From Octopus sinensis (taxonomy: Eukaryota): 64,000 bases of DNA. Below are positions 23,735 to 36,749 of this stretch, piece by piece. The notes under the pieces were generated by a model. The model was not told the origin of the DNA and searched no databases. It saw nothing but the letters and a program-made list of their open reading frames with translations. Each line of letters opens with the position of its first letter. The first letter of the stretch is position 1. The translations under genes were made by a program, and so were the position numbers. The DNA is taken from positions 205,344,001 to 205,408,000 of the forward strand of contig NC_042998.1 of the NCBI RefSeq assembly GCF_006345805.1. The letters run 5' to 3'.

Positions 23735-24470
23735 ACTCTCAGTTCTTAATTATCAGTTGTTCTTTACTTGAAAGCAGGCAATAACAAATCACCAAAGGTT
23801 TCAAGTAGTGCCTTCTCCTGCGACTCAAAAAGACAATAACTCTCCTAAGAATATGAGCTGGACCCAACAATGCTGTCTTCTGGATCACCTCCAGCCTGAC
23901 AGCAGCTCCAATATTCTTAATATGTTTTTCAAAGCCCTTGGAAACTGCTCCTACTGTTCCAGTTACCACCGGTATCACCTTTACTTTCCTCATAACTTTC
24001 CAATCTCGTCCCGCAGTCGCTGCTATTTCTCATTCTTTTCTCTTCCCTTACATTGCACCCTCAAATCGCCTGGCATCATTATTATTAAGCTATTACATAC
24101 TGCTTTAATTAGCAAGGATGCTATCTTAAGGTTTAGTGACAACAAGTCTCCTCACATCTCAAGAATCTTTCTCAGGATTCTCATAGAATGCATTATGGCA
24201 TTTATCTGCTGGTTGACAAGACACACCTCAATGCCACTATTCTTTAGTCCCTTAAATAACAGTTTGGGTACCAGACTGAAGAGCACCAATTATTACAGGA
24301 ACAATGTTTTGGGTGTCAAACTAGCACCCTTCATTTGCAGCTCCCACACTTTCTTCAAGGAATTCTTTTCTCTTTCCAGCTATTTTTTTTTTAATCGTTT
24401 TGTTTCAATTCTTGAAATCTTTGACTATTTCAGTGACTTCTTGAATATTTCTGGCTGCAGATTCTTTCCT
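23735..24470 (-). mobile_element. Two tandem R4/Dong-like 3' ends, each abutting (TAA)n
   Basis: KVKVIPVVTGTVGAVSK...IQKTALLGPAHILRRV; (ATT)n at about 23706-23729 and 24078-24087. Confidence 0.75.
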
Positions 24471-24476
24471 CACGAT

Positions 24477-26395
24477 CATCATCGTTTAGCGTCCGCTTTC
24501 CATGCTAGCATGGGTTGGATGGTTCAACTGGGGTCTGGGAAGCCAGAAGGCTGTACCAGGCCCAGTCTGATCTGACAATGTTTCTATAGCTGGATGCCCT
24601 TCCTAACGCCAACCACTCCGTGATTGTAGTGGGTGCATTTTACGTGCCACCAGCACAAGGCCAGTCAGGGTGGCGCTGGCAACATCCATGTTCAGATGGT
24701 TCTCTTATGTACCACCGGCACTGGTATCACAGCTGCAATTTCCATTGATGTTGATCGATTTTGATTTCGATTTTCACTTGCCCCAACAGGTCTTCACAAG
24801 TAGAGTTTTGTGTCCCAAGAAGGAAAGCTATGCATAAGTGGACTGACTACGTCCCAGGTAGGGGCCACGGGTTATGGCCTGACTAGTCCTGCCGGGTCTT
24901 CTCACGCACAGCATACTTCCAAGGGTCTCACACTCTAGTCATTTCCTCAGTGAGACCTAAAGTTCGAAGGTCGTGCTTCACCACCTCGTCCCAGGTTTTC
25001 CTGGGTCTGCCTCTTCCACAGGTTCCCTCAACCGCTAGGGTGTGGCACTTTTTCACACAACTATCTTCATCCATTCTCGTCACATGGCCATACCAGTACA
25101 AACGTCTCTCTTGCACACCATAACTGATGCTTCTTAGATCCAGCTTTTCTCTCAAGGTACTTACACTCTGTCGAGTATGAACACTGACATTACACATCCA
25201 TCGGAGCATACTGGCTTCATTTCTTGCAAGCTTATGCATATCCTCAGCAGTCACAGCCCATGTTTCACTGCCATGTAGCATGGCTGTTCATACACACGCT
25301 TCATACAGTCTGCCTTTCACTCTGAGCGAGAGGCCTTTTGTCACCAGCAGAGGTAAGAGCTCTCTGAACTTTGCCCAAACTATTCTTACTCTAGCAGTTA
25401 CACTTTCAGCACACCCGCCCCCGCTGCTGACTTGGTCACCTAGGTAATGGAAGCTTTCAACTATTTCTAATTTTTCTCCCTGGAATGTGGCAGAAGTTGG
25501 TCTCAGAGCATTTTCAGTGTTTATTGCTCCTGAGCATCTGCCACATACAAAAACTATCTTCCTTTGACATTGCTGCACCTCTTATGTGTCCATAGCTTAC
25601 ACTTGGTGCATCTTATAGAGTTTCTACCTACACCTTTTCTACAGATCGAGCAGGGCCATCTACCTGAAGGCGTTTGTGATTTGTCTACCTTCCTACTTAT
25701 TAGGACTTTGGTTTTAGCTAGATTGACTCTAAGGCTCTTCGATTCTAATCCTTTCTTCCACACTTGAAACTTCTCCAGTTCTGATAGAGACTCAGCAATT
25801 AGAGCAAGGTCATCAGCATAGAGGAGCTCCCAGGGGCATCCTGTCTTGAATTCCTCCGTTATTGCCTGGAGGACTATGATAAATAGGAGAGGGCTTGAAC
25901 TGAGCCTTGGTAGACCCCTACCTCTACCCGGAATTCTTCACTGTACACGTTGCCAACCCTCACCTTACTAGCGGCATCCCTGTACATGGCTCGCACAGCT
26001 CTCACTAACCATTCATCTATCCCTAGTTTCCTCATTGACCACCAGATAAGGGATCGGGGGACCCTGTCAAAGGCTTTCTCCATGTCAACAAAAGCCAGGT
26101 ACAGGGGCTTATCTTTGGCTAGGTATTTCTCCTGCAGCTGCCTTACCAGGAATATAGCATCAGTGGTACTTTTCCCTGGCACGAACCCACACTGCATCTC
26201 ATCTAAAGTGACTCTCTCTCTAATTAGTTGGGCTATGACCCTCTCCGTGACCTTCATTACCTCATCCAGCAACTTGATACCTCTGTAATTATTTGTATCT
26301 AGGGCGCCACCTTTACCTTTGTAGCAGTTGACTATTATGCTGCTACACCAGTCATTGGGTATGACTCCTTCGTGTATCACCTGAATTGTGGCACC
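24477..26395 (-). mobile_element. RTE-clade LINE, 5'-truncated (RT, C-terminus, 3' UTR with (ATG)n tail)
   Basis: RT motifs NYRGIKLL, AFVDMEKAFDRVP, GVYQGS; C-terminal MLHGSETWA...GRGRPRKTW; several stops and frameshifts. Confidence 0.92.
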
Positions 26396-27056
26396 AACGG
26401 TTGATGTCTTCTGCCTTTAACAAACATCTGCTCTAAGTTCCATGCACACTGTACTGTTAGCCCCCACCCCCAGTAAATAGGAAATTATCGCAATGTATGA
26501 AGTAGAGTAACTTAATTTATTGTGGTAAAGGAGATATCTTATGCTTAGAACAGGATCCGCCAATAAGCCAGCTTTCCCTAGGGAAGGAAAGTTTAATATT
26601 TAGGGCAATGGGGGACGCAACATTAGAGAATAGTGTTGTTGTTTGTTCCTTCTCAAGCCATGATTGGCTCACAAGGGCCAGTTTCCTGGTTACATTGGCA
26701 TATAGGATCCCCACCTGGACAGGACGCTGGTTCGCCGCAGGTATTAGGGAACAATGCTCTCCTAATTTTCAGATCTCTTCCTCCATAAAACTTGTTTAAC
26801 TTTGTTTTTGATTATTTTTGTTTATGCATCTCTTAAAGTGATCCTCCTGCAGGATGGTCAGCATGCTGGGCAGAATGCTTTGTCCAGTTTTATTTGTCTT
26901 TATGTTCTGAATTGAAATTCCACCGAGGCTGACTTGCCTTTCATCCTTTTGGGCTTGATGGAATTCCCTTACCCCAGCTCCCCCCAAAAGTTGAACTCAT
27001 TATTTCCACGTGTTGTTAATATCTCTACGTCTGTTGTTCTTATTTCTCACGGCCAG

Positions 27057-27260
27057 TTATTTGATTTCAATATCGAAGTGCAACCAATATTGGAAGTGCT
27101 CGTTGGGAAGACAATTGAACAGTCTTTGATTGAAGTATTGGAAGAGGAAGAATTGGCGAATCTGAGGAAGCAGCAGCGCCAATATATTGAGTTGCGTAAC
27201 GCTGAACTTGCAGAGCAACAACGACTGGAAGAGCAAAACAGGAGAAAAGTGGAAGAAAAG
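27057..27260 (+). CDS. RSPH3: RSPH3 coding exon 4 (AKAP-type amphipathic helix region)
   Basis: ccag|TTA; LFDFNIEVQPILEVLVGKTIEQSLIEVLEEEELANLRKQQ...VEEK; donor AAG|gtaaag. Confidence 0.97.
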
Positions 27261-28174
27261 GTAAAGCTTATTTATTGTTATCAAACTTATCTATTGTTAT
27301 CAAGGAAATGTAGGGATGTTGAGGTGTAGAATGGGATGTTTCCTCTTTCCCTGTTGGTCTGGAGGAAGGAGCTGTGCCCATGGAATTGTCAGGGTCTGTG
27401 AGATTGCTGAGATTAATGTGCCTCTTGCAGGGAATTTCCAGATGACTGATATTCTGGTGAAGAATGATTGGGGAAATGCTTAATGTGAGGCCTGGGCATA
27501 ATATGGGTGATGAGGTGAAGTGCTGGGGTTGCCAGGGAACCTCACTATAGCAAGACATCTTGTCTCCCTCTTTTATACTTCAACATCCCCAAACAACAAG
27601 TGGTATAAAGCCACCTCTTCCCACACGTCAAACACTCCACACCCAACTTACCTGAGTGAGTGGGTGGGGGAGGGGTGCTTTTTCCTTTTTGATTTTCCTT
27701 TTCTTTTCTTGGAAGTTACTTGGCAACCTCATATGTGCCACTGGTACAGGAAAAGAACCCAGTACACACTGTTAGGTTGTTGACATCAAGAAGGGTGTCT
27801 GACCCTGGAAACCATGCAAAAGCTGGCCTTGAAACCAGGTTCCTTCAAACTGTCCAAATTACCCTGGCAACATGGAGATCAGACATTAATTGGTGATGTT
27901 GATGATGATGATGATGATGATGATGATGACTAGGAGGAGGAGGAGGAACGGAGGAAGCAGAGGAGGAGGATGAAGTTAATTAAACATGGTATCAGGAATG
28001 AGGAGAATTTGGTCAGTCAAGACTCTTGGACGTTTGGCTGGAAGGGCTTTCATCTTAGATTTACTTCTTAATCAGTCAGAGATGACTCAGGGTTAAACAA
28101 CAGCAACAGATCCATAATCCTAAATTCTCCATTAATGATGAAATTGTAAAAAATTTCCTTACATTTTGCTGTCA

Positions 28175-28690
28175 GGCAGGACTGTCTGAGACACACTCAG
28201 AGCAATGAAACCGTTCTGCACGCACTCATTGCTGGAATTATGTCAAACGACTGTTGTCATGTGTGGAACAAATCTGACTCTTGGCCGAATCCGTTGTGAA
28301 GACTGCTCCACTTCCCACCACAAGGCAGGAAAGATGGTGTTCCTCTGTCTAGAGGTAAAAGAGGTTATGTGGTGAACGAAGCTGAACGAATTGAGGAAAA
28401 ACACATTCCTCTTTGGTCAAACTCTCATCAACTGTTTTAAAGTTTCACTCAAAAAGGAAAGTAAGGGAGGAGAGAGAAGTGCTGCCTCCCAATGACTTTG
28501 TGAAAAGATGGGTGATTATGGCGAAAACTGTTAGAGTGAATGGTCCTACTCTAAGTAAGCGCTTGTAGATTGGAGAACAGGAGTGAGGGCGTGTGACTTT
28601 GGTAGTCAGGGTGATTCTAGGTCTGTGGTGTTCCTTGATTGACCCTTGTTGGAGTCTCTCCTGTATCAGGGGGATTGCATCATATCACTG
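28175..28690 (+). mobile_element. Tx1/L1-like 3' end in RSPH3 intron 4
   Basis: SNETVLHAL motif, and high nucleotide similarity to 11686-12048. Confidence 0.6.
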
Positions 28691-28864
28691 TCTTTCCCAT
28701 TTCTTTCTCCCTATACTCTCTGTAAATCCCCATACAAATTGTTGCCTGTCCTTGTGATGTCCCCCCAACAATGTGCCTGTGGATAATTAAAGAAATAACC
28801 ATCATCATCATCATCATCACCATTTATATATTTTTTATTTGTTTTGTTTTTTTCCCCAAAACAG

Positions 28865-29027
28865 GAAATGAGAATGTTACAACAAGTTGCTGTTATGAAG
28901 AGAGAGAAAGAAACGGCTGAGAAGATTTCTGCCATGGCTTTTGCCCAGAGCTACCTAAGGGATCTTGTACCCACAGTCTTTGCAATACTTTCAGATAATG
29001 GTTATTTCTATGACCCAGTTGAAAAAG
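28865..29027 (+). CDS. RSPH3: RSPH3 coding exon 5
   Basis: acag|GAA; EMRMLQQ...KISAMAFAQSYLRDLVPTVFAILSDNGYFYDPVEK; donor G|gtaagt in phase 1. Confidence 0.97.
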
Positions 29028-29269
29028 GTAAGTCAGCCTGTTTCCATTTAATTGCTTTTATATTGCATTTAGGATGCAAGAGTAGCAAGAGTGTTTCTGT
29101 GTATTATGGCATAACAAATCTCACATGGAGTTTATCAGTTCAAAAGTATCAAACGAGTATTTGTTTTCTCACACATCTTTTGCCAAAATATAAAACCTAC
29201 ACACACTATAAACCTGTAGCAAAAGGAACAAGACACTTGGAGAAATTCACCCTTTTACCTGACCCTGCA

Positions 29270-30110
29270 GTTCTTGTAACATGGTGAACGATGCCTCAAT
29301 ACATTGCACTGTCTGTGAGCCTTCCAACCTCACAAACTGCCCCTAATCCTTTTGGTCCTTTGCCAAGAGAGACTTTGTCAATTTTGTGGATTCTTCCTTT
29401 TCTTCATTTCTCAAACAGAATGGTTCTGCAAGCAGTTTTCTCTCTGACAAACCCTCCACATTACTAAATCTTCTCCAAAACTTTCTATTCTGCTAGATTC
29501 ACCACAACAAACACCTCTTGTCACTTCAAATATAAAGGGCCAGTAGCCCCTTGTATAACCTTCAACTAATAGACCCAATGCCATCCCTGTCCTTACCAAA
29601 CTCTTCAATTTGTCTGTCTGTCTTTACTGACCCTCATTACTCTCATACTCTCAAAGATGATGAGAGCAGCCATTTACAATAATCTTATCCATTACTTTGA
29701 ATCTCTCCCCTTCCACCTAGTGACCACCACTACTGGTTTTATTAAGCTAGGTCCACTGCAGACCTACTCTAGTGGGCACTTGCACTCAACATATTTGCTA
29801 AAAGCAATGCCATTATCCTCAACAATTGTAAAACTTTTTAGCATTCCCAGCATGCAAATCTCCAGTGAAACTACCCACAATGCACTGCATTCATCCCTTA
29901 GATCAATGGCTTCCTGTTAGATTGCATCACCTCAACATGGGTTTCTGGTGTCCCCTTTAACCCGCACACTCTATCAATCCTGTTGCTCTTCACAATTCAG
30001 TGTTGTCTAACTACACCCCTGCATCAAAAACTTACTTGATGTCACCCCCAAAAATGATCACCCCTACATAAATGATTCCATTCCTGATTCCTTCCTAACC
30101 TTCAGCACAC
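29270..30110 (-). mobile_element. Old RTE-like LINE relic
   Basis: Only faint remnants of the C-terminal GRGRP-like and cysteine-cluster segments on the minus strand. Confidence 0.35.
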
Positions 30111-30571
30111 CTGTGCCATCCACATGCCACCTTAGACCCAGATACCAAACCTAAACTGACTCCTTAAACAGAGCCCTATAATGTGGTTGAATCGTTTTTG
30201 GACCCAAATCCACCAAACTTCAGTTGTTGGCAGCCAAGAATCTGAAGATCGTCGGGAATCTTTGGATTCTATTGTTATGGAGAATTTCTCCTGATGGAAA
30301 TACAACTTCATCGTAGTTAAGATTGTATTTCTAAGACTGACCCTCAGGTGGGACCCTGCTTGGTGTACTCGCTTTATATGGAGGACATTGCTACTGCTAC
30401 TACCTTTGCAGACATTCTTGATCACAGCCAAAGGAAGGTCACTCAACTATCTGACACGACTCATCAATACACTTCAGTATGTGGGTTACAGACATTATAA
30501 CGTCGTTACAGACATTCTGTGTCCTCTCTCTGTCTTTTCTACTACTACTACATAGTGTGTGTGTGTGTGTG

Positions 30572-30601
<30 letters not shown>

Positions 30602-30602
<1 letters not shown>

Positions 30603-31415
30603 CTATATTATAATTCTGAAATGCGAAAAGTTTGTTTGTTTGTCTGATTTTGACATTGAGAACGGGTTAAAGGCCACTAGATCCCGTCGGATTGACTCCA
30701 AAATTTACAGGGACATGTAAAATAAGGTGAGGATGCGAGTGGGCTAGGTTAGAAATCCCCATCTTAAAAGGTGTCGTTGCTAGGGCCACAAACGCACTTT
30801 GACAAGTCTACTCTCATTCTTTTATGTATCTGTCTTCCTCCATCACTCACTCTCTTTTCTCCCTTCCCATCACTTTCTCTCTATAACGTCGTTTCACAGT
30901 GTCTACCTCCCTTCACTTTCCCTTTATAACGCCTTTTCCTAGCGTTCTATATCTACCCCTCCCTGCCTTCGACAGCGCTTTCACACTCTCTCTCTACGTC
31001 TGTCTGCATTCATAGAGAGAATTATCATCGCCACCACCACCACCACACAATCATGAGAACAAATATTATGAATCAGATATTTATATGTGTGTGTGTGTGT
31101 GTGTTCTATATATAAATATGTATATATAATGTATATATACAAAGTGTATATATCTGTATTTATGTATATTAAACTTTTTAATACTTTTTGATAGTTATAT
31201 ATATTTTAAAAAATTATAAATATAAATTAATAATTTTAATTTTAAATTTAAATAATTTAAATGTTTCAATTTTATATTTTATATATTTTGTATATTATAT
31301 TTTTATTTTTATGTTTTGGTTTATGTTTTTCACTGTTTGATTTGCCTAATAGTGGTTTTATCTCTAATTTAATTTATATATATATATATATATATAATTT
31401 GTATATATAATGCAT

Positions 31416-31490
<75 letters not shown>

Positions 31491-32596
31491 GTGTGCATTA
31501 TGTGGTCGGTTGAGCTGAAAATATGCACACCTATGTTAAATGTGCTGGCGAGTTTGCATGACAACTATTTTTTTCCTCAAATGAAAGGCGTAACCTCTAG
31601 GACAAAATTCCTCATCTTATAAAACATGGCCCGAGTAGACCCGAATGAAATCAGGTTATATTAACCAAAATGTGAAAAGGGGGTTTAAATGGGGCTGGAA
31701 GGGGATTAAAATTTACAGGAGCGGGTGTTTAGGAATTCTCTGTTACATCAAGCTAAAAAATTTGCGTCAACCTTTAAATTGTCAATGTGTTGCTGTCCAT
31801 CATGAAGAAGTTTTGAATGCCTGCCATGGTGAGTCTACTATCGTGAGAAAGAATCACTTCAAAACTTGGTGTTTAGGAATTTTCTTTTACATCAAGTTCA
31901 AAATTTTACGCCAGCCGTTAAACTGTCAATACGTTGCTGTCCGTCGTTAAAAAATTTTTATTCAGCTCGCAAGTTCGTCTGTCCCTTTTAAATGTTAGTG
32001 TTTTGCTGTCTGCCTTGAAGCAGACCTTTCCGTTGTCACTGCCTGATATTTATGATTGATCTTTCAAAATATTTTATTTCTCAACTTACTCAAGATCTTT
32101 TGTTGTTTATAAATGGGAGAGAGATAGATAAAGATAGAGAGTAAGAGTCCGAGAGAAAAGAAAAGTAAGAGAGTGGGAAAGTGAGAGAGAAAGGAGAGAG
32201 AAACAAAGAGGGAGAATCATCATCATCATCATCATCGTTTAATGTCCGTTTTTCGTGCTAGTACGGGTTGGACAGTTTGACCAGGGTCTGGGAAGCCAGG
32301 AGGCTACACCGGGCTCCAGTCTGATCTGGAAGTGTTTCTACAGCTGGATGCCCTTCCTAACACCAACCACTCTGTGAGTGTAGCGGGTACTTTTTTCGTG
32401 CCACCGGCACAGGTGCCGGGGGGCTGGCAGCAGCCATGATTGGTTGGTGCTTTTTACGTGCCACCGGCACAGAAGCCAGTCAAGGCGGCGCTGCCATCGG
32501 CCACGTTCGGATGGTGCTTTTTACGTGCTGAAAGGAAGCAACAGAAAGTAACAACCACACTCTTACCCGCACGTAGAGCGGGTCACCTTAAGCTAG
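30602..32596 (+). mobile_element. Non-autonomous Helitron family B, unit 1 of a tandem
   Basis: A|TC 5' end (TCTATATTATAATTCTGAAATGCG), 3' hairpin CCCGC-ACGTAGA-GCGGG, 10-nt spacer, CTAG terminus. Confidence 0.8.
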
Positions 32597-32972
32597 TCTA
32601 TATTATAATTCTGAAATGCGAAAAGTGTCTGGTTTTGGCATTGGAACGGGTTAAAGGCCACTAGATCCCGTCGGATTGACTCCAAAATTTACAGGTGAGC
32701 ATGGGAGTGGGCTAGGTTAGAAATCCCTATCTTAAAAGGTGTGATTACTAGGGCGAAAAACACACATTTTGACAAGTCTCCTCTCATTCTTTTATGTATC
32801 TGTCTTCCTCTGTTTCTCTCTCTTTCCTCCCTTCCCTTCACTTTCTCTCTATAACATCGTTTCACAGCATCCTATATCTTCCCCCACCGCCTTCGACAGC
32901 GCTTTCACACTCTCTCTCTACGTCTGTCTGCATTCAAAGAGAGAATTATCATCGCCACGACCACCACCACAC

Positions 32973-33003
<31 letters not shown>

Positions 33004-34046
33004 GTTTAACGTCCGCTTTCCATGCTAGCATGGGTTGGACGGTTCAACTGGGGTCTGGCAAGCCCGAAGGCTGCACCAGGCCAGTCAGATCTGGCAGTGT
33101 TTCTACAGCTGGATGCCCTTCCTAACGCCAACCACTCCGAGAGTGTAGTGGGTGATTTTATGTGCCACCGACACAGGTGCCAGACGAGGCTGGCAGACGG
33201 TCACGCTCGAATGGTGTTTTTATGTGCCACCGACACAGGTGCCAGACGAGGCTGGCAGACGGCCACGCTCGGATGGTGTTTTTTATGTGCCACCAACAAA
33301 GGTGCCAGACGAGGCTGGCGAACGGCTACGATCGGATGGTGTTTGTTACGTGCCCACGGCACGGGGCCAGTCGATGCGGTACTGGCTACGGTCCCGTTCG
33401 GATGGTTTTCTTATGTGCCACCGGCACTGGTACCACAAGGATACAAATTCCATTGATGTTCATCTATTTGATTTGATTCAATTTGACTTGACTTTCACTT
33501 GCCTCAACAGGTCTTCACAAGTATCACAGCAGGAAGGTATGCACAGGTGGACTGACTACGTCCAGGTAGGGGCCACGGATTATGGCTTCACTAGTCTTGC
33601 CGGGTCTTCTCACGCACAGCATACTTCCATAGGTCTCGGTCTCTAGTCATTTCCATGGTGAGACCTAACGTTCGAAGGTCGTGCTTCACCACCTCGTCCC
33701 AGGTTTTCCTGGGTCTACCTCTTCCACGGGTTCCCTCAACTGCTAGGGATTGGCACTTTCTCGCACACCTATCTTCATCCATTCTTGCCACATGACCATA
33801 CCAGCGCAATCGTCTCTCTTGCACACAACTGATGCTTCTTAGGTACAACATTTCTCTCAAGGAACTAACGCTCATGAGAACAAATATTATGAATCAGATT
33901 TTTATTGAGTTAATTTAAATATGTGTGTGTGTGTGTGTTCTATATATAAATATGTATATATAATGTATATATACAAAGTGTATATATCTGTATTTATATA
34001 TATACCACACTCTTACCCACGCGTAGAGCGGGTCACCTTAAGCTAG
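32597..34046 (+). mobile_element. Non-autonomous Helitron family B, unit 2, with a nested RTE 3' fragment (about 32975-33870, minus strand)
   Basis: Starts TCTATATTATAATTCTG immediately after the CTAG of unit 1; ends hairpin-CTAG|T. The nested ORF RLRWYGHVARMDED...GRGRPRKTW is the RTE C-terminus. Confidence 0.8.
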
Positions 34047-34055
34047 TATATATAT

Positions 34056-34450
34056 AAAACTTAAATAATGAGGGTGATAAATTGAATATTAATTTAATTG
34101 ATATGAATTTAAAACCAGTAGCCTAGCATATAAAAAAATTTGAAAATTCAGAAAAATTCTGAAAAATTGTAATACATGCGTATAATAGGGATAACCACTA
34201 AGTGAACATCCAATATGCTAGAAGAAGATCACCTATGATCTAACTACAAAGAAAAGAATGTTCTCTTTGTAGTTAGATCGTAGGTGATCTATTTCTAGCA
34301 TATTGGATGTCCACTTAGTGGTTATCCCTATTATACGCATGTATTACAATTTTTCAGAATTTTCAGGTTTTTCTATATGCTAGTCTACTGGTTTTAAATT
34401 GATATTAATTAGATTAATATTCAATTTATCACCCTCATTATTTAAATTTT
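34056..34450. repeat. About 195-bp-arm palindrome, with a third partial arm at 34789-34869
   Basis: AAAACTTAAATAATGAGGG... pairs with ...CCCTCATTATTTAAATTTT; centre near 34253-34263. Confidence 0.93.
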
Positions 34451-34640
34451 AAATAATTAAGTTCTCTAACCGGCAACATTAACTGCAGTGAATTATCTAC
34501 TGCAGAATTGTTTCTGGAATTTAGCACACCAGAACTTAGACATTTGAAAATAACCCCAATGTAATCGGTAGGACTATGCACACGTCTAATTTTATAAGGA
34601 CAACAAGTGTATAGTTCTACATATTATATTGAATTGGAAC

Positions 34641-34713
34641 GATCGTACTGAAGAGTCCATGGACGAGAAATTATGTAAGTAATTATCAGTAATGGTGAAA
34701 CCGGTCTATGATT
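34641..34713 (+). ncRNA. Minimal type I hammerhead ribozyme motif, sense strand of RSPH3 intron 5
   Basis: Stem I GATCGTA/TATGATT (7 bp, 2 G-U), core CTGAAGA, extended imperfect stem II, GAAA, palindromic stem III ACCGGT, GUC cleavage triplet (cut after 34706). Confidence 0.7.
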
Positions 34714-34868
34714 AATTCTGTATATTTGTATATTTTCATCTCTCTTACTCACTTATGCTCTGGTGTTTGCTGAATTTCTCTAGAGAATATTCTTTTCTTT
34801 GTAGTTAGATCATAGGTAATCTTCTTCTAGCATATTGGATGTCCAATTAGTGGTTATCCCTATTATAC

Positions 34869-34934
<66 letters not shown>

Positions 34935-34976
34935 TCATCATCATCATCATCGTTTAACGTCCGTTTTCCGCGCTAG

Positions 34977-35066
<90 letters not shown>

Positions 35067-35514
35067 CATCGTCATTGTTGTTTAATGTCCACTTTCCATG
35101 CTAGCATAGGTTGGACAGTTTGACTGAGGACTGGTGAGCCAGAAGGCTGCACCAGGCTCCAATCTGATCTGGCAGAGTTTCTACAACTGGATGCCCTTCC
35201 AACACCAATCACTCTGAGAGTGTAGTGGGTGCTTTTTACATGCCACTGGCACGAGGTGGTAGTGGCATCGACCACGCTTGATTGATGCTTTTTACGTGCC
35301 ACCAGCACAGGAGCCAGTCAGGTAGCACTGGCAACAGCCACACTTGAATGGTGCTTCTTACATGCCTCTGGCACGGGTGCCAGTCAGGCACGGGTGCCAG
35401 TCAGGCAGTGCTGGCATTGGCCATGACAATAACTTCACTTTACTTATCAGGTCTTTGCAAGCACAGTTTATTGCCCAATGATTGAAGGCTACTCTTAAAT
35501 GGACTGGTTATACT

Positions 35515-35748
35515 TATTTCTTTATTGCCCACAAGGGGCTAAACATGGAGGGGACAAACAAGGACAGACAAATGGATTAAGTCGATTACATCGACCCCAG
35601 TGCGTAACTGGTACTTATTTAATCGACCCCAAAAGGATGAAAGGCAAAGTCGACCTTGGTGGAATTTGAACTCAGAACGTAGCGGCGGACGAAATACCGC
35701 AAAGCATTTCGCCCGGCCTGCTAACGTTTCTGCCAGCTCGCCACCTTA
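35515..35748 (-). mobile_element. SINE family A
   Basis: Full-length consensus copy. Confidence 0.85.
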
Positions 35749-36700
35749 ATGGACTGGTTATACTGCACTGGCATAGGCCATGGTTATGGTCTCGCTTGGC
35801 TTGCTGGGTCTTCTCAAGCACAGCATATCTCCAAAGGTCTCAGTCGCTTGTCATTGCCTCGGTAAGGCCCAATGTTCGAAGGTTGTGCTTCACTATCTCA
35901 TCACAGGTCTTCCTGGGTCTGTGTCTGTGTTTGTCCCCCCACCATCGCTTGACAACCGATGTTGGTATGTTTACACCCCCTTAACCTAGTGGTTTGGCAA
36001 AACAGTCCAATAAAATAAGTACTAGGCTCGCAAAGAATAAGTCCTGGGGTCAGTTTGTTCAACTAAAGGTGGTGCTCCAGCATGGCCACAGTCAAATGAC
36101 TGTAACAAAAGAGTAAAACAGTATATATCCATGCACGTGCACACACACACACACACACACACACACACCACATACACACACACACACACACACCACACAC
36201 ATCTACAAGAAAATTTTATTTTTTACATCCAACCCATTCTTTACTGTTAAATACAATGAAAGACTCCAATAAATAATTATATCTTTCTGTATATTACTAA
36301 TTAATGTGGTTAATTAATTAATTACTTGGAGTGTCCTATTGATGTTTTCGTACTACTCACCTGCCCTCATGTAGCACCTGCTGCCTGCCACTGCATCAGA
36401 GCAGGTGAGGCTGAATGGACGAGCTTGAAGTTGGAGCAAAGAAACTGGAAGCTGGCCCTTTTTATGTCTTGAGGATACCAGAAAAACCTGGGACATTTTT
36501 TCCTGGGGGCAGGTTCCATGAATTACCTAAGCGCCCTTCTTTGGGGCATTCTATTTATTTATTATTTTTCTGTTTACATATTCTTTTGTTGTACCTTTTA
36601 ATGTTTTCCTTTGATCAATGTAAACCGCACATATTCTGTGTGTTGTAGCTCATCCTTTGATATTGTCCGCCATATCTTGGGCCCTTGATGACAATTAAAG

Positions 36701-36731
<31 letters not shown>

Positions 36732-36749
36732 TATTATTTTGTTCTTCAG

